Shown here: one piece after another, positions 13,354 to 25,199 of the stretch | How the letters are laid out: the number at the start of each line of letters is the position of its first letter | Numbering within the stretch: position 1 is the first letter of the stretch | Assembly: GCA_028534125.1 (NCBI GenBank) | Contig: CM052817.1 | Span: 61,320,001 to 61,384,000, forward strand | Direction of reading: 5' to 3' | DNA from: Lama glama | Taxonomy: Eukaryota | Length of the DNA stretch: 64,000 nt | Program-made: the position numbers and the translations under genes | The notes under the pieces: generated by a model | What the model was told of the DNA's origin: nothing | Seen by the model: only the letters and a program-made list of their open reading frames with translations | Database searches by the model: none

Positions 13354-15052
13354 TAGCCACCTCACTTGGCACTAGTTTCACTCAAGCATAACCTTTTATC
13401 CCTGTAGCGGTTTAATATTTCTTCCAGGTAATACTTTATCATTTTCTTCCTCTTACAGCAATATCCATTATGTAGCTTTACTAACTTTAAAATACCAGTG
13501 GTTTAGAGATACAATACCTGGAAATATGAGATCCAATAGAACATTTTATATCTGTTGTTTTTATTATGATTTTGGTCCAATAACTTAGAAATAAAGGTGA
13601 CACCTTGGATTTGGGAGAGAAATCATTTCTCACCCCAAACATTATTCTTACAAGTAAAATTTAGTCTGTGGCCTGTTGAATGCTAGTTAAGTTGGCTTCT
13701 TCTCAAGACATGCTTTGCCCTTTATCCTAGCACACAGGCAGCTGCAGCAAGAAAGCCCCTTTGCCAAAAATACCTCTCCACCTGCCTGTCACTCTACCTG
13801 GAATCCATTAAGACAGTGGTTCCCAACCTTTTCCAACTGAGGGCACTTTACAAGCAAAATTTCATAGCCCCCCATGTGACAGCTCTCAAACTCAAGGTCA
13901 GTAGATTAAATACACACACACACAAAATAAAGACAATACTGTGAAAAATATTATTTCAACAACACATTTTAATGAATTAATATTGTATTAGCCACAATAG
14001 TATACATTTAAGAGATAGCAGCACAAATGCACAAAATACATTATTTAAATAAAATCAGTCAGCAGAGGCTTTTTGCCTAAGAAAGTTCACAAACTCCTTT
14101 GAAATAAACACATAGGCTACCCCTTACCTAAAGCATAAGATCTGGGGTCTGAAAGAAGAGAATCATTGAATTTATTGTTATCCCACTAAACTGACACTTC
14201 TAAGATGGAAATATCATATTTTCTAGTTAGATTTTTTTTAAACCTCACCAACTCTTGGAAATGGAAAATCTTTCTACACACAATTAAGAAATGCCACAAT
14301 TCCTGGCATTCATCAGTTAAGACACTTGACGTAAGTGTGTATGTAACTCCCTACACATGTTCTCCCTGTGAAAATTTGTTAAGGTTAAAGTTTTTTTTAA
14401 AAATCAATGGAAGTTTGATCTCTCAAAGACATCAGTTCCAAATACAGTTTGTTTGTATGACCTGAGCAACTTCCTCTGGTGTCCTACTGAGTACACAACC
14501 TGCTTTCTGAGTTCAACTGTCCTGTGAGTTTTGACATCATAGGTGAAATATCTCCTGGCACTGGGGAAGGAGTGCCGGGCATCACGCAGCTAGCTCTGCA
14601 GAGAGCCGAGGCGCCATGGCTCCTATTAGCTGACAGTGAGACGCCACCACTCAGTCCTGGCAAAAGCCAAACCACAACTTTTATGAAAGCAACTCACGGC
14701 ACACTCTGCTCCTGCTTCTCATTGGAATCTATCAACAAAGGAAATTTTAATAAAATCAAATACATAGTCACACATCCATGCTTATTTAATTATCATGAGG
14801 GAAATGAACCAAATATAATAAAGATCATATATGGTACTTAACTGAAAAAAGCAAACTCGAAAGACTGTATTCAATTCCTACATCAAATAAGAAGCCTTCA
14901 CATAATATGAGAGAACTTAATTATATGTTTCTATGCCTCAAGGTTATTTTACTGTAAAATAGAAGTGATTATTCCTCCTCTTGTCAAATATAGAAGAGGG
15001 GTCTGAGTTAAAAGCTAAGATAGAGAGACAGATGCTTGTTCATAACCTATGG

Positions 15053-15223
15053 CAGTGTTTTTCACCCTTTTCAGAAGTCCTCTTTGGGCCATCATAAGTC
15101 CACAATCTTTCACATGTGGCAGTGGTCCTCAGTCAGACAATTCTGGGGAGCATAGGCATTTGTGAGCCCTTGGCAATAGACAGGATCCTCTGGAATTCAA
15201 GACCCACAGGCTGGGAAATGCTG
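15053..15223. mobile_element. Probable hAT MITE
   Basis: Imperfect TIRs cagtgtttttcaccct / aggctgggaaatgctg about 170 bp apart. TSD is weak. Confidence 0.4.
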
Positions 15224-17483
15224 ATCTGGGCTAAGCTTCATTTCTGAGGTACAAAATTACGCAATTAACAAGGGTCAGCTAGAGCTGAAATACAAGTCTT
15301 TTCAATCTTTGTCTCATACAATTTCCACCATCCCAGAATATTAGAGGAAAGTAGGGGCATGGAAGAAGACTCCTACCCTCATTCAGGAAACTGTATTTTC
15401 AGGCAAATCTATCAGCTAAGTGCCAAGAGCACTACTATAATTTCTCTCTGGAAACTCGGAAGGGGGCTCAGGAAACTTATAAATAGAATGGTTACAAGTG
15501 GTTTGATGCCAGCCTTCAGACATAAATAACATTTAGCAGGTGTCAAACCAAGGCCTGCTTCTATCTGATATTTTCGTCAGTGACCTGGATAAGACATTGG
15601 CAACCTCGAGAGCCAAATTCTCTCAAAAGAATTTTACATTTTAGGAAGCCTTCTAGTGTCTCCTTCTCTTCTCCCATCGTCACGGTCCACTGCATTCCCA
15701 CAGCTCCACTGATCTCACCTAGGGGTTAGATTATTTAATTAGTTACCACTAAGCTATGAGCAACTAATGTAATTGCTCTTCCAAATGCCTGGGGACCTTT
15801 AATTTTTTTTAACGAGTTTATTCATCCAGAAGAATACCATGTAAGGCATGGAGGTAAGCATCTCTGTGCTGCTGACCGACTAGAACATTTCTTCTTGCCA
15901 AATATAAGCATAACTCCTCTAAATGTATTAACATTTTTGGAAAAAATTCTTGAAGATTTCAAAACTACTACACCTTCTCTTGCTGAGCCTGAACATAACC
16001 TCCAAAGCCTTCTCAGTATGATTCTCCAGGCGAGACTAGCAAGTGATCAGTGATGACTGACTGGCATGTACAAGGGAACTCACCTGCCATTTCTGATCTA
16101 TGTGATGTGAGAATATTCCTGGTTGGAGGTAGGGGATGGTATTTAATAACCTCTCAAAAACACCCCTCCCTATAGCTCATTTTATATTAAAAAAATTTTT
16201 TTTTTGGTTCTCTGTCCACATCTTGTTACTTATAAATCATGCTGAAGCTTGAAGAAAAATAAGACAGAAGTAGCTTTGGTTTGTATCAAAGAGAAAATGG
16301 ATTCCTTCTTCAGCGTCACTTAGATTTAAAAATTATTTCTGGAGAGAACCAAAAAACCTGCAGTGGTGTGAAATTACGTAAGGTACGTTTTACCCATATG
16401 TAGTGTATTTACTACTATCTTTTTTTTTTCTTCCTTTTTTTTCTAGTAAAAATGACACCACTTTGGGGGTAAAAAAAGTCCACAAACAAGAGTTTACAAA
16501 TGAGGCTACTTAGAAGCAGCCACAAGTATCTGACAGGTCACGAAATAAACTGTCTCATACAGGCTTTGCTGTTAAAAATACTCCAGTGATGTATTTTTAC
16601 AGGCAGCCGAGTGAAAATGTCCATAAATAGCTTTAGGAAGTTTAGCCAAGAACCTAAGTTGCCAGTAAAAATATTAAATTGATCATCATTAGAAATACTT
16701 TAAATTTAGTTAACACTCAAAAGGCAAGAATAATAAGAAACTGAATTATTGCAGTGTTTAAGTTTGTAGCATTATCTTGTCTGTTATATTGTATTTTTCT
16801 AATTTTTTCCATTGTTTTTTTCCCTATTTCCACATCCTATGATTTTCTTCATCCCAAATTTTATTTTTATTCATCGCTGATTTAACTGTTTTATTTCTTT
16901 TCTGTTCTGAAATATGGATTTTTTTTAACCTTCTCCCAGAAACTTTCCCTTCTGCATTTCAAGACTTCACTGCCAGTCAATTTCTTTTTAAGGAAAAAGC
17001 ACTTAAATGGGTGTGGTGGGTTGGGAGAGAAAACTTCACCTGACACTGACAAACCATATCAATAAGATGCCTTTCATCCTAACATCCTGGAGTGTCAACT
17101 GTCGGCACTCAACCATGAACTATGACTTGGCAGCTATGATCTTTAATCCTCTAACTCAGATTGGTGAAGTTTCACAGTGTTTTCCCTTGAGAACAGCCAG
17201 TGCTGAGCTGGCACAGTCCAAGCAAGCACAGATCTTTGATGAGCACTGCACTCAAGTCCATGTAAGGAATGTGGTCCTTGGTCATGGCAGCTCCTCCTCA
17301 TTCAGCAGCAACCATGAGAGTGAGGAGGGAGCCTTCTCCCACACCAGTCTGAGAAAAAGCTACGAAGAACCATTTCAGACATTTCTGACAACATTTCAGA
17401 GAGACAGTCTGATTCAAGAAGAGCAGGGCTAGAATCAGGATCAGGGCTTAACTTGAATCATCTTCCTAGTCCTTTCCATTTTT

Positions 17484-17640
17484 TTAAATTACTTTTTATT
17501 AAATTTTGTTTGTTTGTTTTTTGGGTTTTTTTTCAGTAGAGGAAGTAATTAGGTTTATTTGTTTTTTTAGTGGAGGTATTGGGGATTGAATCCAGGATCT
17601 CATGCATGCTAGGCCCTCTACCACTGAGCTATACCTTCCC
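17484..17640 (-). mobile_element. tRNA-Ala-derived SINE (Vic-1-like, long form)
   Basis: Reverse complement: gggaaggtatagctcagtggtagag...tcctggattcaatccccaatacctcca, then an aaacctaattacttcc tail and an A-rich end. TSD-like ccattttt at 17476 and 17641. Confidence 0.88.
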
Positions 17641-20600
17641 CCATTTTTGATTTTTAAAAACTATCTCATTTGGATTTTCTTTAGACACAGACACTGTTTC
17701 CCCATGTCTAAAAGTATACATTCTTATCCTCACTAACAATTTTTTTCCATATTAAACTTACACGTTCTCTCTTTCGTTCCAATTGTCTGTGCCTCCACCC
17801 TGACAGTTCTTTACTAGTTACTACAATAGGGGTAATCTTAGCTAGCAATTCCAGACAATACATTAAATTTTAATGTAAAAACATCCTTCTCAAAATTCTT
17901 CCAACAAATGACCCGTGTCATTTCTTCTGAATGCCACCGAAAGCTACAACAGAGGTTAAGTGTTGACAAAAGGCCCCTTTTCCTGTTTTCCTCACAGTTA
18001 TTGAAGTTTCAAATTCTCACGGGGAATTTCAATGTAAACAAGAAAGAATTTGCACTGATTTTCATAACATGTTCCTTGAAACCTTGGAGCCTTGTAAACA
18101 TCTCTAGGGTTATGTAGAGGGATGCAGAATGATCACAGCTGGATTTAATTTATTTTCCACTTTTTTCCCCTAACTTAACAAGATTGAGGTTCAGGGACAT
18201 GGAAAATTAGCCTTATGATTTGGAAACACTGCTCAAATGACATATGCTTGGTGGAAGACCATTTCACGACTCACTGCCAATTATTTTGGGACACATTCGG
18301 TCTCTTAGAGTGAGACATGCTAGTCTTCCAAACAGAGTGAGGAAAAGTTACTGGTTTGCTTTTTGGCAAAGCTCATTCATTTTACACAGATGACAAGACT
18401 GAAACCAGTGAGGCTCCTCAGTGTTGCTTTTGTTCTTTATGTTTGCCTTTGGCAAGTATACCACAGGTTAATTTTAATTAATCCTTTGGAATTTTAATTT
18501 CCACAGCACTGTCACATATAAACTTAAATGCACCACCAGTCGATTAGAAAACGGTGCTATCGGGTGTGAACGCTGCTTGTTCCACACACAAAACGTGTCT
18601 GGCAAACAATACTGGGAACTGAGCCAAGAAATGTCATGTCTCTCACTTTATCCTTCCACAATAAGTCTCCATCCCCAAATGCTTTCCCCTGTTCCATCCT
18701 CCAACTAATCCACCCACTCCGAATCTTTCCTGTTTACACTGTGAAGGAATGGTATTTAAAAAAACACCCCTTAGCAAAAGTACCCAACAGAGCCTTGCAC
18801 ATAGCGACGTGTAATAAATCTCATTTTGAAAATCTTTTAAAGTAGATATTCCTTTATGAATTTCATAGATCAGGGAAAGAAAGGACTCAAAGCTAAACCT
18901 AGCAACAGACTCTCCATTATAAAATTGCTAATGTCAAAGAGTTTTGGAACCTGAGTGCAAGATTTAAACTCTCGACGATTTTACCTTAATTAACACACAA
19001 GTTACTCAATCTTCTAATGTACTGAGTCTTTATCAGCACTTCAGAAAAGTTGGTCTTGATTTGGCAGAATCTTTGACTTTCCTTAGTTTATGAAATTGAT
19101 CCTCACCCTCCAACCAACCTAGATTATTCATCTTTGTAGGAGACATTATTAGGCAGGAGCAAAAGTTTATTACTGAAATATAAATAAAAAATATTTACTC
19201 ACAGGTGTCAATCGTTTCCTTTATATAAAAAAACTACCGTCAACTAAGAAGTCCAGAAATATCTCCCTGTGACAGTAGATGCAAAAGGTCAACTTAGAGT
19301 TGATTTTACTTTCTTCCCTTTGTGGGAAGTTTAGAAACCATCATATCTTTTTTAAAAAGTCTTCACATAGCTCTTCATAAATCAGGAATTGTTCGGAGTC
19401 TCTTTAGAGGCATTACAATGATGCAGCTGAATAGTTTTCACTTTCTCTCTACTGAGGGAGTGATTTTGAACCTGTGATTTCAGCAAACATTTTTGAAAAA
19501 TACTCAAACACGTTGTTTTCTATCTCCTACATAACTCCAATTCAGCAAGATATCCCCATCGCTGAGTCAAGCTGACCTTGGCAAACACAAACTGTTGTTT
19601 CTGTGTTAGTCTCTACCGAATCTACCACCATATTTGACAGTTTTGTCACTGTCCCGCTATTACCCCATTTTAAGACCTCAAAGTCACTGTTGACTGCCCG
19701 TAGTTATATTTTGCCTCCCTTACCTTTGTGGTTACCAGAGCCTGCTGGATCTCTTTATAGGCATCTCTTTGATTCACACCAGTTTCCACTCAGAGCAGTT
19801 ACTTTTACAAGCCTTTGTAGTTCACCACTTGACTGTTACAATCTCTTGCCCCTCGGCTTCTCTCCCCTTTAATCATCTTAAATGCTACTTGTCTTATAGT
19901 AATACGTAAGAAAACAATTTTATACAATCATATTAAGTAATTAGCATCAACTAACCTTTGTTCTTAACTCTCTGACACTCAGCACACCTGGGGCCAAGGC
20001 TTGGCTGGTGAGGTCTGAGCAGTTTTCTCCCAGCCCAGGCTGTTGGCTCTAGAGAGAGGCCACAGAGAAGAGGAAGATCATTTCTGGGGTCACACCAGAG
20101 CCGGTTCACTCAATAACACCAATCAGTGACAATGCCAGGTCAGGGGGGAGTCCAGCCACTAGCCTGCTCAAAGAAATGGGGGGACGAATGCAAGTAGAGC
20201 AAGGCCCCAAAACCTGAGCTCAGGTTTCAGCAAAATCAGAGTAGGATGAAACACAGGGTGAGCCAAAAAGCAGGAAACGAGAGGATGCAGTGTAAAAGAG
20301 CAGCCAGCCTCCCCACATTATCACCCTGCATTTTCCGGGTCCTCCAGACCTCATCTGCTACCACCCACTCACCCAGGACACAGCCCTGAGAACTCTGTTT
20401 CCCCCACCTTCTTCCTTCCTCCCTTTCCCTTCTCTTCACTATCTTGATCTACCAGCTTGTCTGCCTTTTTTTTTTTTTAAGATTTCTGTTGGCTTTTCTT
20501 ATTCTTCTGACTCTACATAAACAAAATGCAATATTCAGTTTTGCAAACAGTTCTTCTCTTCTGAGATGGAGGGGAAGAGAGAAGGCTGGGAACCGTTGTT

Positions 20601-21044
20601 CGTCTCTAGCACAGTGAGAATTCTTGTCCCCGTTGTACTATAATAATGTCTAGAATTGTGCTCTATTTTTTTCAAGTCCTGTATATTAATTTACTTCAGT
20701 TGAGCTACAGATTCTTTGAGAAATTGGAACATGTCTTTCTCTCCTTACTTTTCTTTGTATTCTCTTGATGGCAGTTACTAGCCACAGCCATTTAGTGTTG
20801 GTTAATCACCATACGTATAAGATATATTTGTGCTATGAATGTGTCAAAATGTTTTTAGGAGAGTTTTATTAAATGTGCTACTGAACACTTAACAGGAAAA
20901 ACTGTTGGAGCAAGTGAAAAAGTATGGCTATGAGTACTTTTTAATACTGTATGAAACTGAAACAGTTAAGTAGAAAACAAAAATACATGAAGCAGCGATT
21001 TTTAAGAAGAATTTCATTTCCATGAATTTTGTGTAATATAGAAT

Positions 21045-21290
21045 ATCATTGGTGAATTCCTATTATGTGCTAGTTATTCGTCTAGGTGCTTTACATATGT
21101 AATATTTCATTTCATTTGCTCTTCACAACAATAATAACAGTATGAAGTAAGGACTGTTATTATTCCTAATTTGCTAATCAAAAATTAGAAGCACATAGCG
21201 TCAGCTTGTCCAGGGTCACCCAGGGAATAAGTTATGGAGACAGGAGACTAACACAAGCATTTTAATCCTTAGCCCATGTTATAACTTCCC
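21045..21290 (-). mobile_element. MIR SINE
   Basis: ctaggtgctttacata...cttcacaaca...tatgaagtaaggactgttattattcc...cttgtccagggtcacccag. Confidence 0.6.
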
Positions 21291-21362
21291 CATGCATGGC
21301 CACTACAATGCAGAGGACACATGAGTGGAGAAAGTGTCACCAGTGACTCCGGTCATCACACT

Positions 21363-21785
21363 TGTGGTGATTTAATTTTATGTTTCCACTCAACTGGGCC
21401 ACAAGGTGCCCAGATATTTGGTCAAACATTATTTTGAGTGTTTCTGTGAGACTATTGTTGGATGAGATTAACATTTAAATAGACTGGGCCTCATCCAATC
21501 ACCTGAAGGCTTGAATAGAACAAAAAGGCTGCCCCTGTCCCTGAGAAAGAGAGAATTCCTCCTGTCTGACCGGACATTGGCTCTTCCTGTGCCCCCAGTC
21601 TGCTGGCTTGTGAACTGAACTATACCACTGGCTCCCCTGCATCTCCAGATTGCTGACTCAGCCTGAAGATCTTGAGACTTGCCAGACTCCAAAATCACAT
21701 GAGCCAATTCCTTATAATAAACACACACATACACACACACCCCTACTAGCTCTGTTTCTTTGAAGAACCCTGATACACTAATACA
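21363..21785 (+). mobile_element. ERVL solo LTR (MLT2 family)
   Basis: TG...CA ends (tgtggtgatttaattttatg...gaaccctgatacactaataca). Diagnostic tgcccagatatttggtcaaacattatt. 5-bp TSD acact/atact. Confidence 0.9.
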
Positions 21786-22653
21786 ATACTTCATCTATGT
21801 GCTTCCATGAAGAACTGAGTTTCTTTTCTGAGATCCTTGGATTTTCTCATGAGGAAACTTTCATTATCACTCCCTTAAAATGTAAAGACATTATCTATGT
21901 TACCTTATGTTGTAACTTAATGCTTGAGATTAAAGGTCTTAGATGTTCACAGGAAAAATGACCCATGAACTTTAATTTTCAAGTGGTCAACTTAAATACT
22001 TAGGAGCTCAGCAGTGTATGTTCATAATTCAATTTAGTTACATAATTAAAACTCTAGAAACCCAATTTTAGTACTGATCTGTTGCTACCTCAGTCTACTA
22101 AAATGTAGAAATAATTTAGGGTCTTTAGCTGTTAAGGTATAGTGATCCATTTTAAAAGGAAAAATTCTTTTTTTATTTACTATATTCTTCTTCTAAAATA
22201 GTTAATCTGTTTATCTGTATCTTGAGTTTGCTCTTAGCCCCAAATGGAAATATCGCACTCACTTTTTTCTTCTTGAGGAAGTCTCAGCTGTTCCCACTAC
22301 TTTGCAGTTTTTATTTGTAGGTTTGATTGCCACATGAGTTTTGTGGTTAATTTTTCAGATTAGAAATCTTTTACTTGGGAGTTGTGCAATCATGCAAATA
22401 ATTGATCAAATATATAATCTCAGGTTGAAATAGCATCTGCAGTTTCAACAACCTATGATTTTCTTTAGGCAGTTATTTCAAGGTAATCAGTTCCTCATAC
22501 TGATAAGCAAGTTTTGACATGGAACTTGTTCTTACATGGTTAGCATTTTGAACTCTAAATAAAAGACCAGTTATTTCCTTTACTTTATGGCCCATTAAAC
22601 TTTGCTGTTTGGAACATGAAGACTAGGTAAATCCCAATCAAAAAAATTTAAAA

Positions 22654-22734
22654 GGTGGGGTGTAGTAGCTCAGTGGTAGAGCACATGCTTGGCGTGCAGG
22701 TGGGTTCTATCCCCAGTACCTCCATTCAAAAAAA
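22654..22734 (+). mobile_element. tRNA-Ala-derived SINE (Vic-1-like, short form)
   Basis: tagctcagtggtagagcacatgctt...gggttctatccccagtacctcca plus A tail; A-box and B-box remnants. Confidence 0.85.
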
Positions 22735-24489
22735 GAATTAAAAATGGAACTCATCAGGAATCTAAACTAATATATTTATGGTTTCCTAAAGTTTCTATTC
22801 CTCTAATACAGTAATATTCATAAACTAGAAACCTCATTACCCCTGCTGACTCTCATCTTTGTGTTTTTAAAATAAAATTAAATTAAAGCTTTCTCTTAGG
22901 TTTTGGAATACTTAGATCCTCTTCTCCCCACATAACAGAAGGAGTTCAGAATGAAGGGACTGCTTGACGATACAGAGGTTAAAACAACTAGAATCAGTCA
23001 ATAGAATTGTTTTAATCACTTCAATGTCTGAAAAGGTAGACCAAAATAAAATCCTGTTTCTATGCTGCTAAACAGCAACATTTTATGCAGTTGGTTGGGC
23101 CCACCCTGGACTGGTGAGTTTTTCAATCTTGTACTCACCTATCCGAACTACCTTATAAAATTATAAACACAAATAACTGATTAATTGATAGTTGAAAATA
23201 GATGATCTCTAGCCTAATGAAAATGTAATTATTAAAACATTTTAAATCTCCTACTTAACTGCTGATTTATTTGAATGATTGCCCAATTATTTGGGGGAAG
23301 GGATATCAACATAAATTAGGATAAACTCTTATTCAACTTTGCTAGTTATTGTGCACAGCAAAGGGCTTCAAATCATGTAATTTTCTGTTGTTACTAGCTG
23401 ATTCATTTAATATTTCAGTCTCTCCATATGGAAGTTACAGGAAATTTGTGTTCAGTATCAAGGATACAATCCTCAGTGTGCTCTTATTTTCTTTCAGTAA
23501 CATTTTCAAGATGTGAATCCTTTATAATTCATTCATATTCTCTCTCTCCGTTTCTCCCTCCAGCCTCCTTCCTCCTACTCCCTGGAAAAAAAAAAACTCG
23601 CATCCTGAACTTAACCTTATCTTCAGAGCATATCTTTTCAAAAACTGCATTTCCTTCAGGTGCAATTTATTTACTTTATAACCTATGTAACTAAGTTGTT
23701 TTTCATTCGCAAGTCCCAAGGAGTAGTTAGATAAAAACTTTAGCGCAACATTTAAAAAGACTTATTTGCATGTATCTGCCTGCCAAGGAAACGGCTGTCA
23801 CTTTTCCAAGTTGTTTTTTGCAGTGTTTGGTATAAGTAAGAAAGTGGCTTAAATAATTACTATAGTTCATTAGCTTAGAATTGGAGGCCTCCTCCAGTCA
23901 CAGAGGAATGGACCCAGTATTGAAAATGAAACCAGTCTTTTACTGTGTGATTAATAGGAAGAGTCATATGCTTGATATTAAAAAATATTTTTAAAATGTG
24001 GGACTGGAGGCCTAGACTCAGAGTTGCAAAGCTCAACTGGAGAGAGAGTTTAGAAAAATGTTAGGACAGTTTAATTTGGAGTTTGGAAAGCATTCCGTAG
24101 GATTTTAATCTTAAATACTAGGCACTTTGGCAGACCATTTGTGAGATAATACACATGAGCAGCAGTAAAACTTAAAGGTGAAGGCACAGAAAATACTTCC
24201 TCACTCTGGTTATCTCTTCTCTGACAAGATGAGGTGGGCCTTTGGGGGCTTAAGTTATCCTCGGCGTTGAACCACAAGTCAGACTGCAAACCACAGGACT
24301 ATGAATACATCTGAATTTTCCTCTTTATTTTAAAATTGATAGTACCTAGGGGTTTTATGGAAAGGAGGGTTTTATTTCTTTATTAATGATCCATCTAAAA
24401 TTAACCCCATTATTATCTTCAGGAAGAAATGATTAATACAAAATTTTAAACTACAATTACTCCTTGGTGATGGTATATCTGAGGTATAC

Positions 24490-24880
24490 AATAAAACACT
24501 TTTTAAGCCAGACAAATCCTCCCCAAATCAGAGGCTTTACCATAATAATTTTTGTTTTTCTTTTCTTGCTCACATAAAGTCAAAACAGGGATTTTTGATA
24601 AGCAGACAGCTTTACTGCAAGCGGTAATTCAGTTCTCTCCTTTGTGTGGCTTTGCCGTCTTCCCTATGTGACGTTCAAGGACACCCCGATAGATGGAAAA
24701 GCACAGTGGGTTGTGAATTGGAGGTTTGCATGGCCCGGGCCTGGTGGTGGCGCTTAGCTCTTCTGCTCCTTTTCCACTGGCAAACATTCAGTCACACTAT
24801 TACATGTACCTCCAGGGAAGGCTGGGAAGTAGTCTAGCTATGTGATCAGAAAAAAAGAAAAGAGACCAAGTTTGGTGCTA
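24490..24880 (-). mobile_element. MaLR LTR (MLT1-type)
   Basis: cttctgctccttttccactggcaaacattcagtcac...gggaaggctgggaagtagtctagctatgtg. Confidence 0.6.
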
Positions 24881-25199
24881 TGGCTTGGTGTTCTGGAGGT
24901 GAACACTATGGAAATATAAGCAGCTATTCAGTGAGAAAAACTATTAACCATGTGCGCAGTTATCTTTAAACCTCTTTATTTATTCTTGTTAATGCTCTCC
25001 TGTCTTACATCATTTAATTTTTGCTTTTTAGATACTGAGAGGGAACCACAAACTAATTTCAAAATAACGAAATGCTCAAGGCCCATATATATGTGTGTGT
25101 GCAGGCTTGTATGTTTGTCAGTTTCATAGGTAGTATAAAGGCGTTTTGTATTTTGATCATTGCAGGTTTTTCTTTCCCACAAGGCTTGTAAATGTATTC

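Noticed and set aside
17007..17432. 141-aa ATG ORF
   Set aside because: No recognisable homology, promoter or splice context. I cannot exclude it without a search, but it is probably a chance ORF.
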